Source of the DNA: Malacoraja senta
Taxonomy: Eukaryota
NCBI GenBank assembly: GCA_038087875.1
Contig: CM075989.1
Span: 11,408,001-11,472,000, forward strand
Direction: 5' to 3'
Length of the DNA: 64,000 nt
Shown: in pieces, positions 1 through 12,700 of the stretch
How positions within the stretch are numbered: the first letter of the stretch is position 1
Layout of the letters: each line of letters opens with the position of its first letter
Position numbers and translations under genes: made by a program
The notes under the pieces: model-generated
Databases searched by the model: none
What the model saw: the letters and a program-made list of their open reading frames with translations, nothing else
What the model was told of the DNA's origin: nothing

Positions 1-199
1 GTCCCTCAGGATCAAGGATGACTTTTTTTTAACTGCAGTTCTGTGGGCTGTGAAGTGACTGATGGGTCAAATGTAAGAAGCAAGAGGAGCTTAAACTTGA
101 GAGTCACCACTTATGAACAGGTGCCATGTTGGATAGGTTGGCAGAAGGTGATACACTTGCAGGATACCCAGCATCTGACCTTCCCTTGTGGCCATAGTA

Positions 200-1720
200 T
201 TTATGTGGTTGATCCCACAGAGATGTTGTCCAATGGTAATCTCTGGGATAACAATGGAGGGGAACTCAGCAATGGTAATGCTACTGAATGGTAATGCCTC
301 TGAAGTGGTAAGATTCTTTATTGCTGGTGATGGACATTGACTGGCACATTTATTACTTGCCCATGAGCCCATGCCCGAATGTCATCTCAGTCTTGCTGCA
401 AGAAATGCTTCATTGGCTGTGGAATTGTGAATATAATTGAAAATAGACCATGAATGAGCAGCCCAACATCTGACCATAGGATGGAAGGAAGGTCATTGAT
501 GAAGCAGCAGAAGGTGTTTGAGCCCAGGACATTGTCCCGAGAAGCTCCTGCAGTGAAATCCTGGGATTGGGCCGATTGCTCACCAACAACCACAACAATC
601 TTCCTTTGTCCAAGTTATAACACAAGCCATTGAAGTGTTTTCCCTTTGATGCCCATTCACCTGCTTTATCAGTGCATCTTGATGCAACTCTTGGACAGTG
701 CTTGATTTTAAGGGCATTTTCTCTCACACAAGCTCTGTATTTCAGCTCTTTGCACCATGTTTGCGAAGAGATCTGGAACTGAATGATCCTGTGACCATTT
801 AAATTGGGCATCTCTAAGCAGGTTATTGGTGAGTTAGCAATGTTGCCCATGGTATCATCGACTTGCTGATGACAGAGGTTGGCAGTACAGATCAAGATTG
901 GAATTGTCTTTCTTTTTGTCGAAAGACCTGCCTGGACAAATTTCCGGGTAGATTCGTATTGTAACTGTCCTGGAACAATTGTTTACAGTTGCAGATAGTT
1001 CTGTAGTAAAGCTATTCAGTGCTCTAGCTGGTATGTTGTCTGGTCCAGTAGACTTTTCTGTATCTAGTATTCTCAGCTGATCTTTGATAACACATGGAAC
1101 GAACTGAAGTAGCTGGTCATGGGCTGCGCACCTCAGGAGTAAAGCAAAATGGCACTTCTCGGTGAACATGTTTACAAAGGTTTCTGGTTTCTCTTTGGCA
1201 ATCACATGCTGGGCCCTGTCATCGTTGAAGATGGGAGATATTCTTGAAAGCCCCTTCTTCCATAAGCTGTTCACCACCATTCACCCATCCTGGTCTCAGC
1301 AGAGTACAGATGGGCAAGTTTCACTGCTGCCCAGTAGACCACAAGTACTGAGCCAAATGTGAGGTCTTTAGCCACAAATGACTAAAAGCTGTGCTGCTGC
1401 ACTGAAGACAATGGTAAATTTCTTCATCAATGCAAGGTGGCTGCTGAGATATGGGAAACAGTCCATGTTTTTTGGAGTTTTATGTCAACCTTTGCATCGC
1501 ACTTCATCTGGGTACTGAAGCTTGATAACTTGATTTTGGTGACCTTGTTTCTAGAGTGGATGAAATGTAGGTTGCTTAGCTCCACTGGAAGTAAGGAACA
1601 TCATTGTGGCAAGAAAGTCTGAGAAAAAAGTGCTGGGCCAAAGATGTTTGAACGTGATCTTAACCAAGGGATCTACATTAGATCCAGTCTCAGGGCAAAC
1701 TGGTGTCTTGGTCGGTAATC
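200..1720 (-). mobile_element. Decayed CR1/L2-clade LINE ORF2
   Basis: RT remnants KSTGPDNIPARAL and VLGSNTFCCFINDLPSI. Confidence 0.78.
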
Positions 1721-2180
1721 TGTAACTCTGTAGCCCCTACTCCCTCTCTGTAAGTGAAAACACGTTTCATTTAACTTTCCTTTGTGCCTTTGAAAGACTG
1801 TCTACCTGAGATGTAAACCCTATCTCTTTCTTTACAGACCTGCTGAGAAATGTCAATATTTTATGATTTTATAACATATCCCCTTATTCTTTTCCCCAAA
1901 ACGTGTTTATACAGCTTCCACTGAAAAACATCTTCGTTATTCACCTCAACTATTCCCTGTGGAAATGAGCTGCATGTTATTTATTCTTTGAATAAATACA
2001 TTTCAATTCCCCTTTGAATTTATGAATAACTCAGATCTGGCCTGCCCTGCAAGTTGAAATATATTTGCTATGTTTATCTTATTAAACTCCATAACTTTGA
2101 ACACCTTTATAAGATCATCCTTTAAATGTTCTTCCCATTGGTGGTCAGGTTAGACCTGGAATAGATATTTTACAGCATTG

Positions 2181-2213
<33 letters not shown>

Positions 2214-2265
2214 GATTTTATTCATGGGCGCCTTTCACAAAGTCTCAAGGACACCTTACAAAGTT
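2181..2265 (-). repeat. (AAT)n microsatellite forming the tail of an L2-like 3' end
   Basis: About 10 ATA units adjacent to GGGCGCCTTTC...CAAGGACACCTTACA. Confidence 0.75.
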
Positions 2266-2789
2266 TAACAAATAGTGTAGAAACATGTAAGCGGAATTAA
2301 ATAAATAGCAAAGACATCACCAGTACACAAATTAAAGATATAATTAAATCCAAAAACAAAAATCAAAAACACAATATGGATAATTTCATAAGCACAGTTG
2401 AGGGGTGTTTTATTTTATTTTTCAATAAACACAATAACTGGCCCATGACTGTTAATTGGAAATATGGCTACATAATTTGTATCTCTAAACTAAACTAAAA
2501 AAACTGAACTGCAAGGGAAATGATGCCCCAAAACTAATTTGAGAAAATGCAAATAAAGATGAAACAATTATTATTATCCATAAACTAACACTTAAAAGAA
2601 TACATTTTGGTGGCAGTTAAAGTCATCTTCAGCATGTAAATGGCTATTTTCCTTTTTCTATTTCATTCATAAGAAATATTTTGGGTTATTCTCTTTACTC
2701 CAGTCTTTCTTCCTCCATTTTTACATATCTTCTGTAGGTTAAGGAAAGTGCTTTTATTTCTAATTAGAGATACTGCATGCAAATAGGCT

Positions 2790-3105
2790 AACAGCAGCCT
2801 AATAGATTCCTTGTATATAACTTCAAGTAGCCCCGGCATTCCCCCTCTCTCTATCCCTCCCCCATCCAAGTCGCACTAGCTTCTCGTTTTCACCTAACAA
2901 ACAGCTACGATGGCCTGTTTCCTTTATCATCATCACTTTTTTGCACATCTTTCATTCATTGTTCTTTATCTCTCTACATCATCGCCTATATTTCTCGTTT
3001 CCCTTATCCCTAACCAGTCTGAAGAAGGGTCTCAACCCGAAACGTCACCCATACCTTCTCTCCAGAAATGCTGCCTGTCCCGTTGAGTTACTCCAGCTTT
3101 TTGTA
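2790..3105 (+). mobile_element. Penelope-like 3' fragment with hammerhead core at 3019-3046
   Basis: Same terminal repeat family as 27200-27417; CTGAAGAAGGGTCTCAACCCGAAACGTC. Confidence 0.75.
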
Positions 3106-3669
3106 TATAAAACCCTGGTCGCTCCACATGATTATTAACATAACCAATGAACAACCTCACTAGTTGGATTGAAACGATTTAAACACTCATGGAATGTGGA
3201 TGTCATTAGCAAGATCAACATCCATTGACCTACTAAATGTTGTGTGGCCTAATCAGCCACCCCCATATTGTTCAATCAATTACATTGATCTGAAATCACA
3301 TATAATACAGAGCAAGACAATTTTCTTTCCCATGATATATTAATGAATCAGATGGGATTTTATCATAATCTAATAACATGGTTATTCTTTCTTATATTTG
3401 TTTACTCCAGATTAACTGAAATTAGCTCCCGTGATGAGATTTTGATTCAAACCTTTGGATTAATCTGACTGGCCCAACATAATCATCAAACTATGCACAT
3501 AACCCCAACTACATTCTATTTCCATTCTATTGAGGCGATCATTTGATTTATGCTGCAAGCAAAGGCATTTTGATTTAATTTCCATCAAGCAAAACCATAA
3601 ACAGCACAATACTAAACTCTCTGGCTCTTCTCTTATCCTTGTACTCCATTGGATAATTCCTGAACTAAC

Positions 3670-3796
3670 CTGGTATGCAAAGGCTTGCGGAGAGTTGTCA
3701 ATAATGATTGTTTTTGAAAGATCCCTTCCGAGGATATTCAAATCCTTTATGTAATTTCCCTGCACACACACACAATGCTCGCGGAATAGCCTGTGC
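3670..3796 (-). CDS. CTDSPL2: CTDSPL2 exon 11 (127 nt)
   Basis: catctag|G...CAG|gttagt; translates [42 protein letters not shown]. Confidence 0.96.
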
Positions 3797-6700
3797 CTAG
3801 ATGAAGAAAACATTGCACAATAACAAAACTAGCGTGAAAATGAAGGCTGGATTAGATTTGAACATTTTAAATTTAAAAGATCTAAATTTAAAAACAAATT
3901 AAATCTTGAATGAACTGGTATTTTAAAAAGGAACACAAAATTGAATGTCCAAGGTATGGAGTGTTGCAAGTATATTGGCAGTCAGCCAATTACAAAAATT
4001 CAAATGCACCATAAACTGGTCAAATTCAATATTAGTAATATAGCATCAGCTCTTAAAACATAAAATATTTTGTGGGCCAAAAATTGTATATGATCACAGA
4101 ATCCAGAGGTGATAATATACAAAATAGTACAAATAGATTGCACCACACACAGGATCAGAAAATACAGTACTGAAACAGGCAAGATTGCATAAGAAATTTT
4201 CCATTAGAATCATATTACAATTTTATTCTCTTGCTTAGACGTACGTAAACCTGGGACACAAAGTGTGGAAAAGACACTGCAATTCATGATAGCCTTTGGT
4301 GTTAGCATTCTCACATTTGAAAGATTATGGATTAAGATCCTTTGTGAGCACTTTTTTTTAGTGGTGAATGCACAGGGTGTTGCAATGGAGAGACATTAAA
4401 TTGAAACACTTTCTACCTGTGGATTTGTACTACTGGATTTCAAAGATCCATTGACATTTTTCAAAGGACGTTCTTCCAGCCCTTCAAGCAACATCTACCA
4501 CTCATTAAATATTATCAGATGAAATAAACTATGAAATTCCAATGTATCGATTTTGGTCTGCACAAATCTGTTGTTACATAATTAATTAGCTATAAGGTTG
4601 CTCACGGTATGGGGTGATGAAATGCAGCAAATGTACACAATCTTTCTTTCTGTACATTCAAATGCAATACAATTTTTAAATCTAAAAATGGGGTGGGGGA
4701 AGCAGCACTGTTGCATAACAGGGCCAACTATTTTTTCCAAATGGAAGACCAGGTGGAAGTGGACAATTTATCCAAAATAATCCTCTATACCAGCTGGCAG
4801 GCAACAGAATGAGACCGAGTGCAGAGTGATCATGTAACTCCAGTGATCATGCAGCAGAGTGATCATGTAACTCCATTGGCAACCCAGAGACCTGGACTAA
4901 AGATGCAGAGACACAAATTCAAATCCTACAAAAGGATAATCTAATTCAGTTAATTAAATTTAAAAAATGAAATAATAGGATTGTCTTTAAAAATCCATTC
5001 TCTTTAATTTGCTTGTTTGTGTCTCCAACAATTCTCAACTGCCTCTTGAAATGGATTAGTAAACCACTTGATTCAAGGGACATTTTGGGATAGACAACGA
5101 ATTCTGGCTTTATCAGTGATGTCCACATCTTTGAATAAAGTAACTGGGAGAGGTCAAGGGCAGGAACACATATTGGCTCACATTGCTTTCACTCTTGCTC
5201 AATTAGAGCACGGCCATTGCATAGAACGTACCTGACTAGCTGCTTCTTAGGATCCAGAATATTCAGCAATTTATCTGCATAGACTTTCTTGGAGGCAGTG
5301 AATAGAATAATCTGCAGATAAATTAGGGAAAGATTAAACAAGCTTTAATGTACAATTTTCTATAATTTAAGCAGTTGGTATCTAATGCTTCAATGATGCA
5401 CAAAATAAGCTTTAGGATTAATGCAGATCTTTCCACCAACTGGCTGGATTCAACAAATTCAGATATTGCTGCTGCTATTTTGATTTACATCTCATCAGGA
5501 GCCTCTTTCAATTGTCCCATTGCCAACTTTCGCCTTGCGTTATCGCCCCGTTTGCCGTTCGTATCTTCCAACCCAAGCGTCCCTTCATATCAGGGATAAA
5601 GCTCACTTCATATTTCCAATTATGGTGAGACGTTCATGGTTCTGAAACTTTTTTCTGCAGTTAGTGCCTCACCCACAGAGCATTTCTAGCATGTTCCTTA
5701 AAATACAGGGCACCTTTTGTTCTTAAAACTAGAACTTCCAATTGTATTTCTTGGGTCAGAATAATACCAAGCAAACATCAAATCACATCTACCGCACATG
5801 CAACATCTTAAATGGCTGCTACAAAGCGAACAATAATCAACTTTGAACAAAACAAATGTAGGTGGGAGGAGAAAGAATTGAGCTCTAATGGATCTGCTTT
5901 GCATGATTAAAACATACATTCTGCTGGAAATACTTTGCTCAGTTTTATAGTGCAACATTTGCAGCTAAGCTTGAAAATTAAGAAAAGCTGTTGTCAGAAT
6001 GTTTTGAGGTGATATTAAATTATCTAAGGGAAAGCTCCAGCTGTACAAAACCGTACAAATCTACGTTCAAACTCACCTCGTAAATTTGGGACATTCGTTC
6101 CAGGAATTCACGGAAGTAAGGTCTCAACCGTACGTAAACCTGGGACACAAAGTGTAGAAAAGACACTGCAATTTATAAAATCACAAGGAAATACATGCCA
6201 AGTTCTAAAGGAACATGAGGAATATAGGTACCAATCAAATCATTTTCAGAAAGTTCTCAAGAATATTTTGGTTTCAGGATGTGAGGGATGCCAGGGAAAG
6301 AGAATGAAGCAAGAGGTATTTAACTCTCAATTATTTTACTTTAAATATTTTTGGAAAATAATTTACTTGAAACAGAACCTTGTGTACAGAAGCAGTTAGA
6401 CTCTCAACAGCAGCTGTTTGTTAAAAGGGGAGCTGACAACTGACCTGTTAAGTTTCTCGTATTTCTTGTTTATATTTCAGTTTTTCCATCAGCTTAATTA
6501 AAAAAAAACATTTATAGACATTTTCTTCCCTCCTCTCTATATTACCTTAAACAATGATGTATTTGGATCTATGTTATCATTATTTATGTGAAACCTCTTC
6601 AGAATCTTCACAGCACATCCCAAAGGCTGGCTGGCCCTAAATGGTACTGGTATTGGCTTATTAATGTCATGTGTAACGAGATACAGTGAAAAACATTGTT

Positions 6701-9700
6701 TTGCACATGCTACCCAGACAAACATACCTTAAATGAGCACAATCATATCATACATGATTGCAATATGTAGTGCAAAAGGAGAAAAGAAAGGAAGTACAGA
6801 ATATTATGTTACAGCTACAGAGAAAGTGCAGATTAAAAAAGTGCAAGGGCTGCAAAAAAGTAGATCGGGATTACATCTTTAGCATTTGAAAGACATGTTC
6901 AGGTCCATCCATTGAAATGAATGATCTGTCTCGAGATGCTTGACAAGAATTTTCAGACACATTTTTGCAGTCGAAATGGGATCACAAAGGGTGAAGTGTG
7001 GTTCAGTATTTCCCCAAATTCAAGACAAGGTAGTCTTACCTGGTAAATCACATCCTGGAAAAGGACAGGAAAGGTAAGTGCTGCATCATCCAGTTCATTG
7101 AGACTGCAGTGCACCAAGGTCTCATCCTGCCAAGATAAAAGATTTCTAAGTATCACAAAACACCAGTAAGGGAATGCAAAAATTGAACTGACATTTTTAC
7201 AAATAGCAAGCTGTAATAATTTTATACAAAGCAAAATGAAAAAAAATTACAAATCACTTTTTTTCAGGAATCTGTTAGTTGAAAATAGATAGTTCTACTT
7301 GCATCAACTAACCATTCCTTCTCTATGTTTACTTTTCATAAACAAATTCATCAATCTCATATGCAAGAAGAAAAATAAAATGAAAGTTAATTTGAAGATC
7401 AATACTACATTTTGTTAGTAGAAATAAGGAACTGCAGAAGCTGGTTTACAAAATATAGAACACAAAGTGCTGACACATTTTGTTATCTCTTACACACTGA
7501 AAGCATCAGTTATGTTTACTTTATATATGGAATATGCAACACAACATACATATAATGTGTAAATATTTCAAAGCATATTATTTTATACATACACTTTAAA
7601 GCATAGTTTCTCTCACCAAGTCTAGAACCAAAGAGAATTCAGGTGTACTTCTGGTTTTAAGTGGCAGAGCTGGTTTTCGACTGAGCTGTTCTTCTGTTAA
7701 TGGTGGCACATGCTTGATGAAGTAATAACTATCAAAAAGGCAAAAACAAATGGCTAAAAGGCATGGTAAAAGCAATCACTATTCAGCAATTTAGCTAAAT
7801 GACACAGCATTTAATTTATTGATTGGTTTCAAAGCACTAGAGCACTTACGACATATTTACACTGCAAACAATGAATAGTGAATAAACGGCTCAAGATTGA
7901 CATCAAGTTTTACCATAATTGTACAATTCTGTGCAGTCAGTGATGTGACTGTCTGAACACATTAGCTAGCATCACCTCACTCTCAATGCAAAAAATTGAT
8001 TCATACACGGTTAGAATATGTCTATTTTTCATATTTTTCTTCTGATGTAGAAGGCTGCCATTTGGCCCGTTAGGTCTGCTGGCTCTCAGAGCAATCACAT
8101 GAGCCCTATTCAATCACATTTCCCTGCAACCTATTTTCTCTCATGTTTAAACATACATTTCAAATGCTACTATGCCCATGTAGTCAATAGTCGTGGCTCT
8201 CATGGCAGTGTTATGGACAATACCCACAAAATATTCCACAAGGACCAAATATTAATTTCAAGATTTTTGAAAGGGAATCATCAGTTCAATAGACATATTT
8301 TTTTGATAACTGAGATAGGATGAATGGTCCCTGTAAACATCAAAGAGCCAAAAAAAAAATAATCTCTTTGTAATAAATAATTTCAATCTTTAGGAATAGT
8401 TGAGCAGTACAGAAATGTTTGTCCAGGCAGAGGGCAAGAGTCACTCACTAGAGTCAGCTTGTGTGAACTTCCAAGCGACCTAAAATGTAAGGACAATTAG
8501 TAGGAATCTAGGAGTCAACATTCAACCAAGAATTACTACAAATGCTTGGACCGTTAAAGAAAATAGAAGCAGGTGAAATGAGATGAGTTTTTAGAAAGAT
8601 TTTTAATTCACTATCCAAACAAGATGCTGTTTATCCAATGAAGAGAGATAGAGCAAGACAGACCTACACCAATGGAATGAGAGATGATCATATTGAAGCA
8701 AACAACATTCTGAGGAGGATTGATAGGACAGATCCTAGGGTCTCCTGACCTTGGGGTAAGGGGACAGACATTAGTACTGATAAGACATTTCTTGACATTT
8801 GGTTGTATAGCCTTAGAATTCTCCTCCACAGAAGATAGTAGAAACTCAACCATTGACCACATTCAAGACTAGAATGGATTTTTTGACAGTAGAGAAATCA
8901 AGGAACATGGAGATCAAAAGCAAACTTGAAACTCATGAATGACCACAATCCTACAGAGAATGCAGCAAACTCGAAGAGCCATGTGGCCTACATCTGCTTC
9001 TATTTATTTATTTTAAAGTACATTTAGGTGGCACACTTTATGGTGTTTAAGCCGTGTTTTTGGTGCTAAAATCACGAAGCAATGCTAACCAATTATAATG
9101 ACTTTTTGTGCAAGAAGGAACTGCAAATGCTGGTTTACATCAAAGATAGACACAAAATGCTGGAGTAACAGCGGGTCAGGCGGTATTTCTGGAGAAAAGG
9201 AATAAGTGACATTTTGGGTCAGAACAGACACAAAATGCTGGAGTAACTCAGGCAGCATCTCTGGAGATAAGGAATGGGCGACGTTTCGGGTCGAGACCCT
9301 TCTCCAGACCAAGAGTCAGGGGGGAAAAAAGGGCCGGGTCACAACACTTCTTCAGTCCTTTTTTATATCTTAGTCTAGAATAAGAATTACTTTTTAATGT
9401 TTTAAAAGTACATAAACTGACCACTAGATAGCAGCACCTCATCTCTAATTCTTATTTCATTTGAATGCAAAATAATTTACAGTAAACAGAATGGTAGGTT
9501 GTAGTTACCAATTTATATTAAAACTTATGGGCAAGATTATAAAAAATATATGCTGCACACTCTGCCATTCGATAAACTCTGCGGTCTGGAGCCACAACTA
9601 AATTTTCTGATTAAATCTCCATACTAATAGCACCAAAAATCAATCCCTCCCCTAATGTACACTGACCGAACATTCACATCTCTCTAGGTAAGAAATTCCA

Positions 9701-12700
9701 TGGATTCACAGCCCAAAAGACATCATAGTCTTAAACACCAACTGCTCAATCTGATGCTCTGACAGCTCTGAATATAACCAGCTTTCAGGGGGCGCTTAAA
9801 AAAATCTGGCTTTTCAGTACAAGGAAACATAAGAACAGGAAGAGCCTATTGAATTTCTGTTCTGCAACTCAATTAGATCATGATCTAATCATAGAATCCC
9901 TGGCTTCACAGTAATCTTTAATAATCATAATTGGTGGCGGTATTATGGATAGTGAAGAACATTGCTTAAGGCCACAGCATGATAAAGATTAGATAGAAAA
10001 TTGAGCTAAACTTCGGCGGGTGGAATTTAATCCCAACAAGTGTGAAGTGATATATTTAGGGAGGCCAGATAGGGGTCAGACGCAAATGGTAGGTTGCTAT
10101 GAAATGTTGATGAACAGAGTGACCTTCCAAAGTTCCCTGAAAGAGGGTGATGCTTGCCTTCATTGATCGAGGTGTAGAATGTAAAAGTTGGAATGTTATG
10201 TCGCAACCTGGCAAACTACTGGTTAGACCATACTTGGAGTGTCGTGTGCAGTTCTAGTTGCCACAATGTAGGAAAGATGTGATTGTGCTGGGGAGAGTGA
10301 GAGGAGATTCACCAGGACTTTGACTGGATTGGAGTTCTTTAGTTATGGAGAGAAAATTAATAGGTTAGACTTGTTTTCTTTGCAATTAAGGAAGTTGAGA
10401 TGTGATCTGATATGATGTGTATAAAATTATGAGCTATTAATACGCAGGATGGTCAAGATCTGTTTCACATGACAGGTCTTTCAAAAATCAAAAGGGCAGA
10501 GGTTTAAAGTGAGTAGAAGTTTTAAGGGAGATTTTGAAGGAAAGCTTTATTTTACACAGTGTCAATCAAATCTGGAACTCAATGCCAAACATGGTGGTAA
10601 AATCAGATACAATCACTAAATTTAAGATATAATTTGATAGGCACTTGAATAGGCATAGCATAGAAGAATAGGGACCTAAAACATGCAAAGGGGATTAGTG
10701 TAGATGAGCAAAAACATTGATATGGATGTGAGGGTCGAAGGACTGTTTCACATCCTGTATCATTGTATATTCTAAAATGTGTTTTATTCCCCTAGCAACT
10801 AACTTCAACAAAACTTTATTCTTTGTAGCAAAATATTATATTTAAAGGATTTTTGCAGTAGTTGTACTATTCAGCTTAATGCAAATCAATAAAATGATTA
10901 CTCAATAAATTCATTAAAAATGATTTTTGATATTAATGATGAAGTTATAAAATCTGCACATTTTGCAACTTCTGATAAACAAGTGCTGTCAAACTTACGG
11001 ATCAAAAACCTCCCAGTCCTCTTCATAGCTTGCTTCCGGGTGAGCAGGTGCTTCTGGATAAGTGCCAGGAGGAGATATTGCCTTACAGAGTTCTGCATTC
11101 ATCACATTCAATTCTGGTGCTAAAAATGTTTAAATAAAGAGTAAACAATGCAAAGATGGCTGAAAACAGAAGACCGCATGCTTCATATAATTACCTAGTT
11201 TAAGGAAATGATCATAACACCTTACTCTGACATATACTTTAACATTAAGGCACTTCTCCTCTCTCCCTCCACACCCTACCCCCATTTTTCTCTTTCAAAA
11301 AGCTATACGAGCAGGGTAGTCTGCACACATACACCATAGCCTCTCAACATAAAATATATTCATTTTTTGTGCTATTAGCCAACTCTCAATCCATGCTAGT
11401 ACACATGATTAAGTACCACACACTTGAATCTTAATAATTTGTGTGCCTTCTTCATCCAAATACAGTAGAACTGGTTTGCCTTACCTATTCTATTTGTAGC
11501 AACCTTAAATAATTCCATTGAGTTCCTAAACATTATTTCCCTTTCAGAAATCCATAATGACTCTGTTCAATCCTATTAGTACCTTGTTATCTCTTCCTTA
11601 ATAATACTCATAGATATGTATTAATTTCCTTTATTAGTTTAAGATGTCTCTGCTCAGGTATTCAAAGCCTCCTGCAATTAAGGCCAACATAACCATTTGT
11701 CTATCAAATTTTTCGCTGAACTATTTAAAAAATAATAGTCCTGATAGTCAGCAGGGAAACAAGCCATTCACTACACAGCCTCGATTAGAGAATTCTCTAT
11801 GTAGAAAATCTAGTTCAGATCCAATCCTTAAAATTTAGTTTCTGCGCTGACTCCATTATTTTGGAACCCTTTAAAACCCAGATATTGCACTGCTAATATT
11901 TGCACAAAAATATCCAGGCAGTGTAAAAACATAGGTCAGTGCCAAGTTATCTAATGAAAGTCATTACACACATCAGATAAGAGGCGAGACAATAGATTTA
12001 GTAACTCGTAGTGTGATCAGCAGATGGTCCTGAGACCAACTAATGGGCTGACAAATCTAGTATCGTTATGATTTGGACTGCATTGCCTTAGGACAGTGGA
12101 AGCAGGCACAATAGGGATGGCACAGTGACGCACCTGTAGAGTTCCTGCCTTACAGTGCTATAGACCCAGGTTCGAGCCTGACTACAGGTGCTGCCTGTAC
12201 GGAAGTTGTACGTTCTCCCTGTGACCACATGGGTTTTCTCCGGGTGCTATGGTTTCGAGCCATACTCCAAAGATGTGCAGGCTTGCAGGATAATTGGCTT
12301 CGGTAAAATTGTAAATTACCTCTAGTGTGTAGGATAGTGCTCCTGCTAATGCAATGTACAGGTCGGTGCGGACTTGGTGGGCTAAAGGGTCTATTTCCGC
12401 GCTTTATCTCGAAAGTCTGAAGTCCAATAGAAACTAGTGATAGAGAAAATGATATCTAATTAAAAAGAAAAAAGCTGCAGGGCCATAGGAAAAGTGCAGG
12501 AGAGCGAGACAAAATAAATAGCACTTTTAAAGAGCTTTTCTGACTTTACGATTCTGCATTTTTTTTCTTACGTTGCCATTGTAGAAGGTAAGCAATACTT
12601 CAGCAGTTGCGCACAATGAAATGACTCAGAAATTGCCAAACGTTTAATTCGTATGGCAAATTTATCAATCTGGTACACAATCTAGAAGTGTCTATACCAT

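Noticed and set aside
1-3669. Final CTDSPL2 coding exons (expected LSNGIPIESWF... and the C-terminus)
   Set aside because: No such sequence was found; the region is LINE/SINE-derived, so these exons should lie beyond the left edge.
5462-5500. Hammerhead-like CTGATGA-GAT-GTAA-ATC on the minus strand in intron 9
   Set aside because: It is followed by AAAA instead of the essential GAAA and helix I cannot pair; probably chance.
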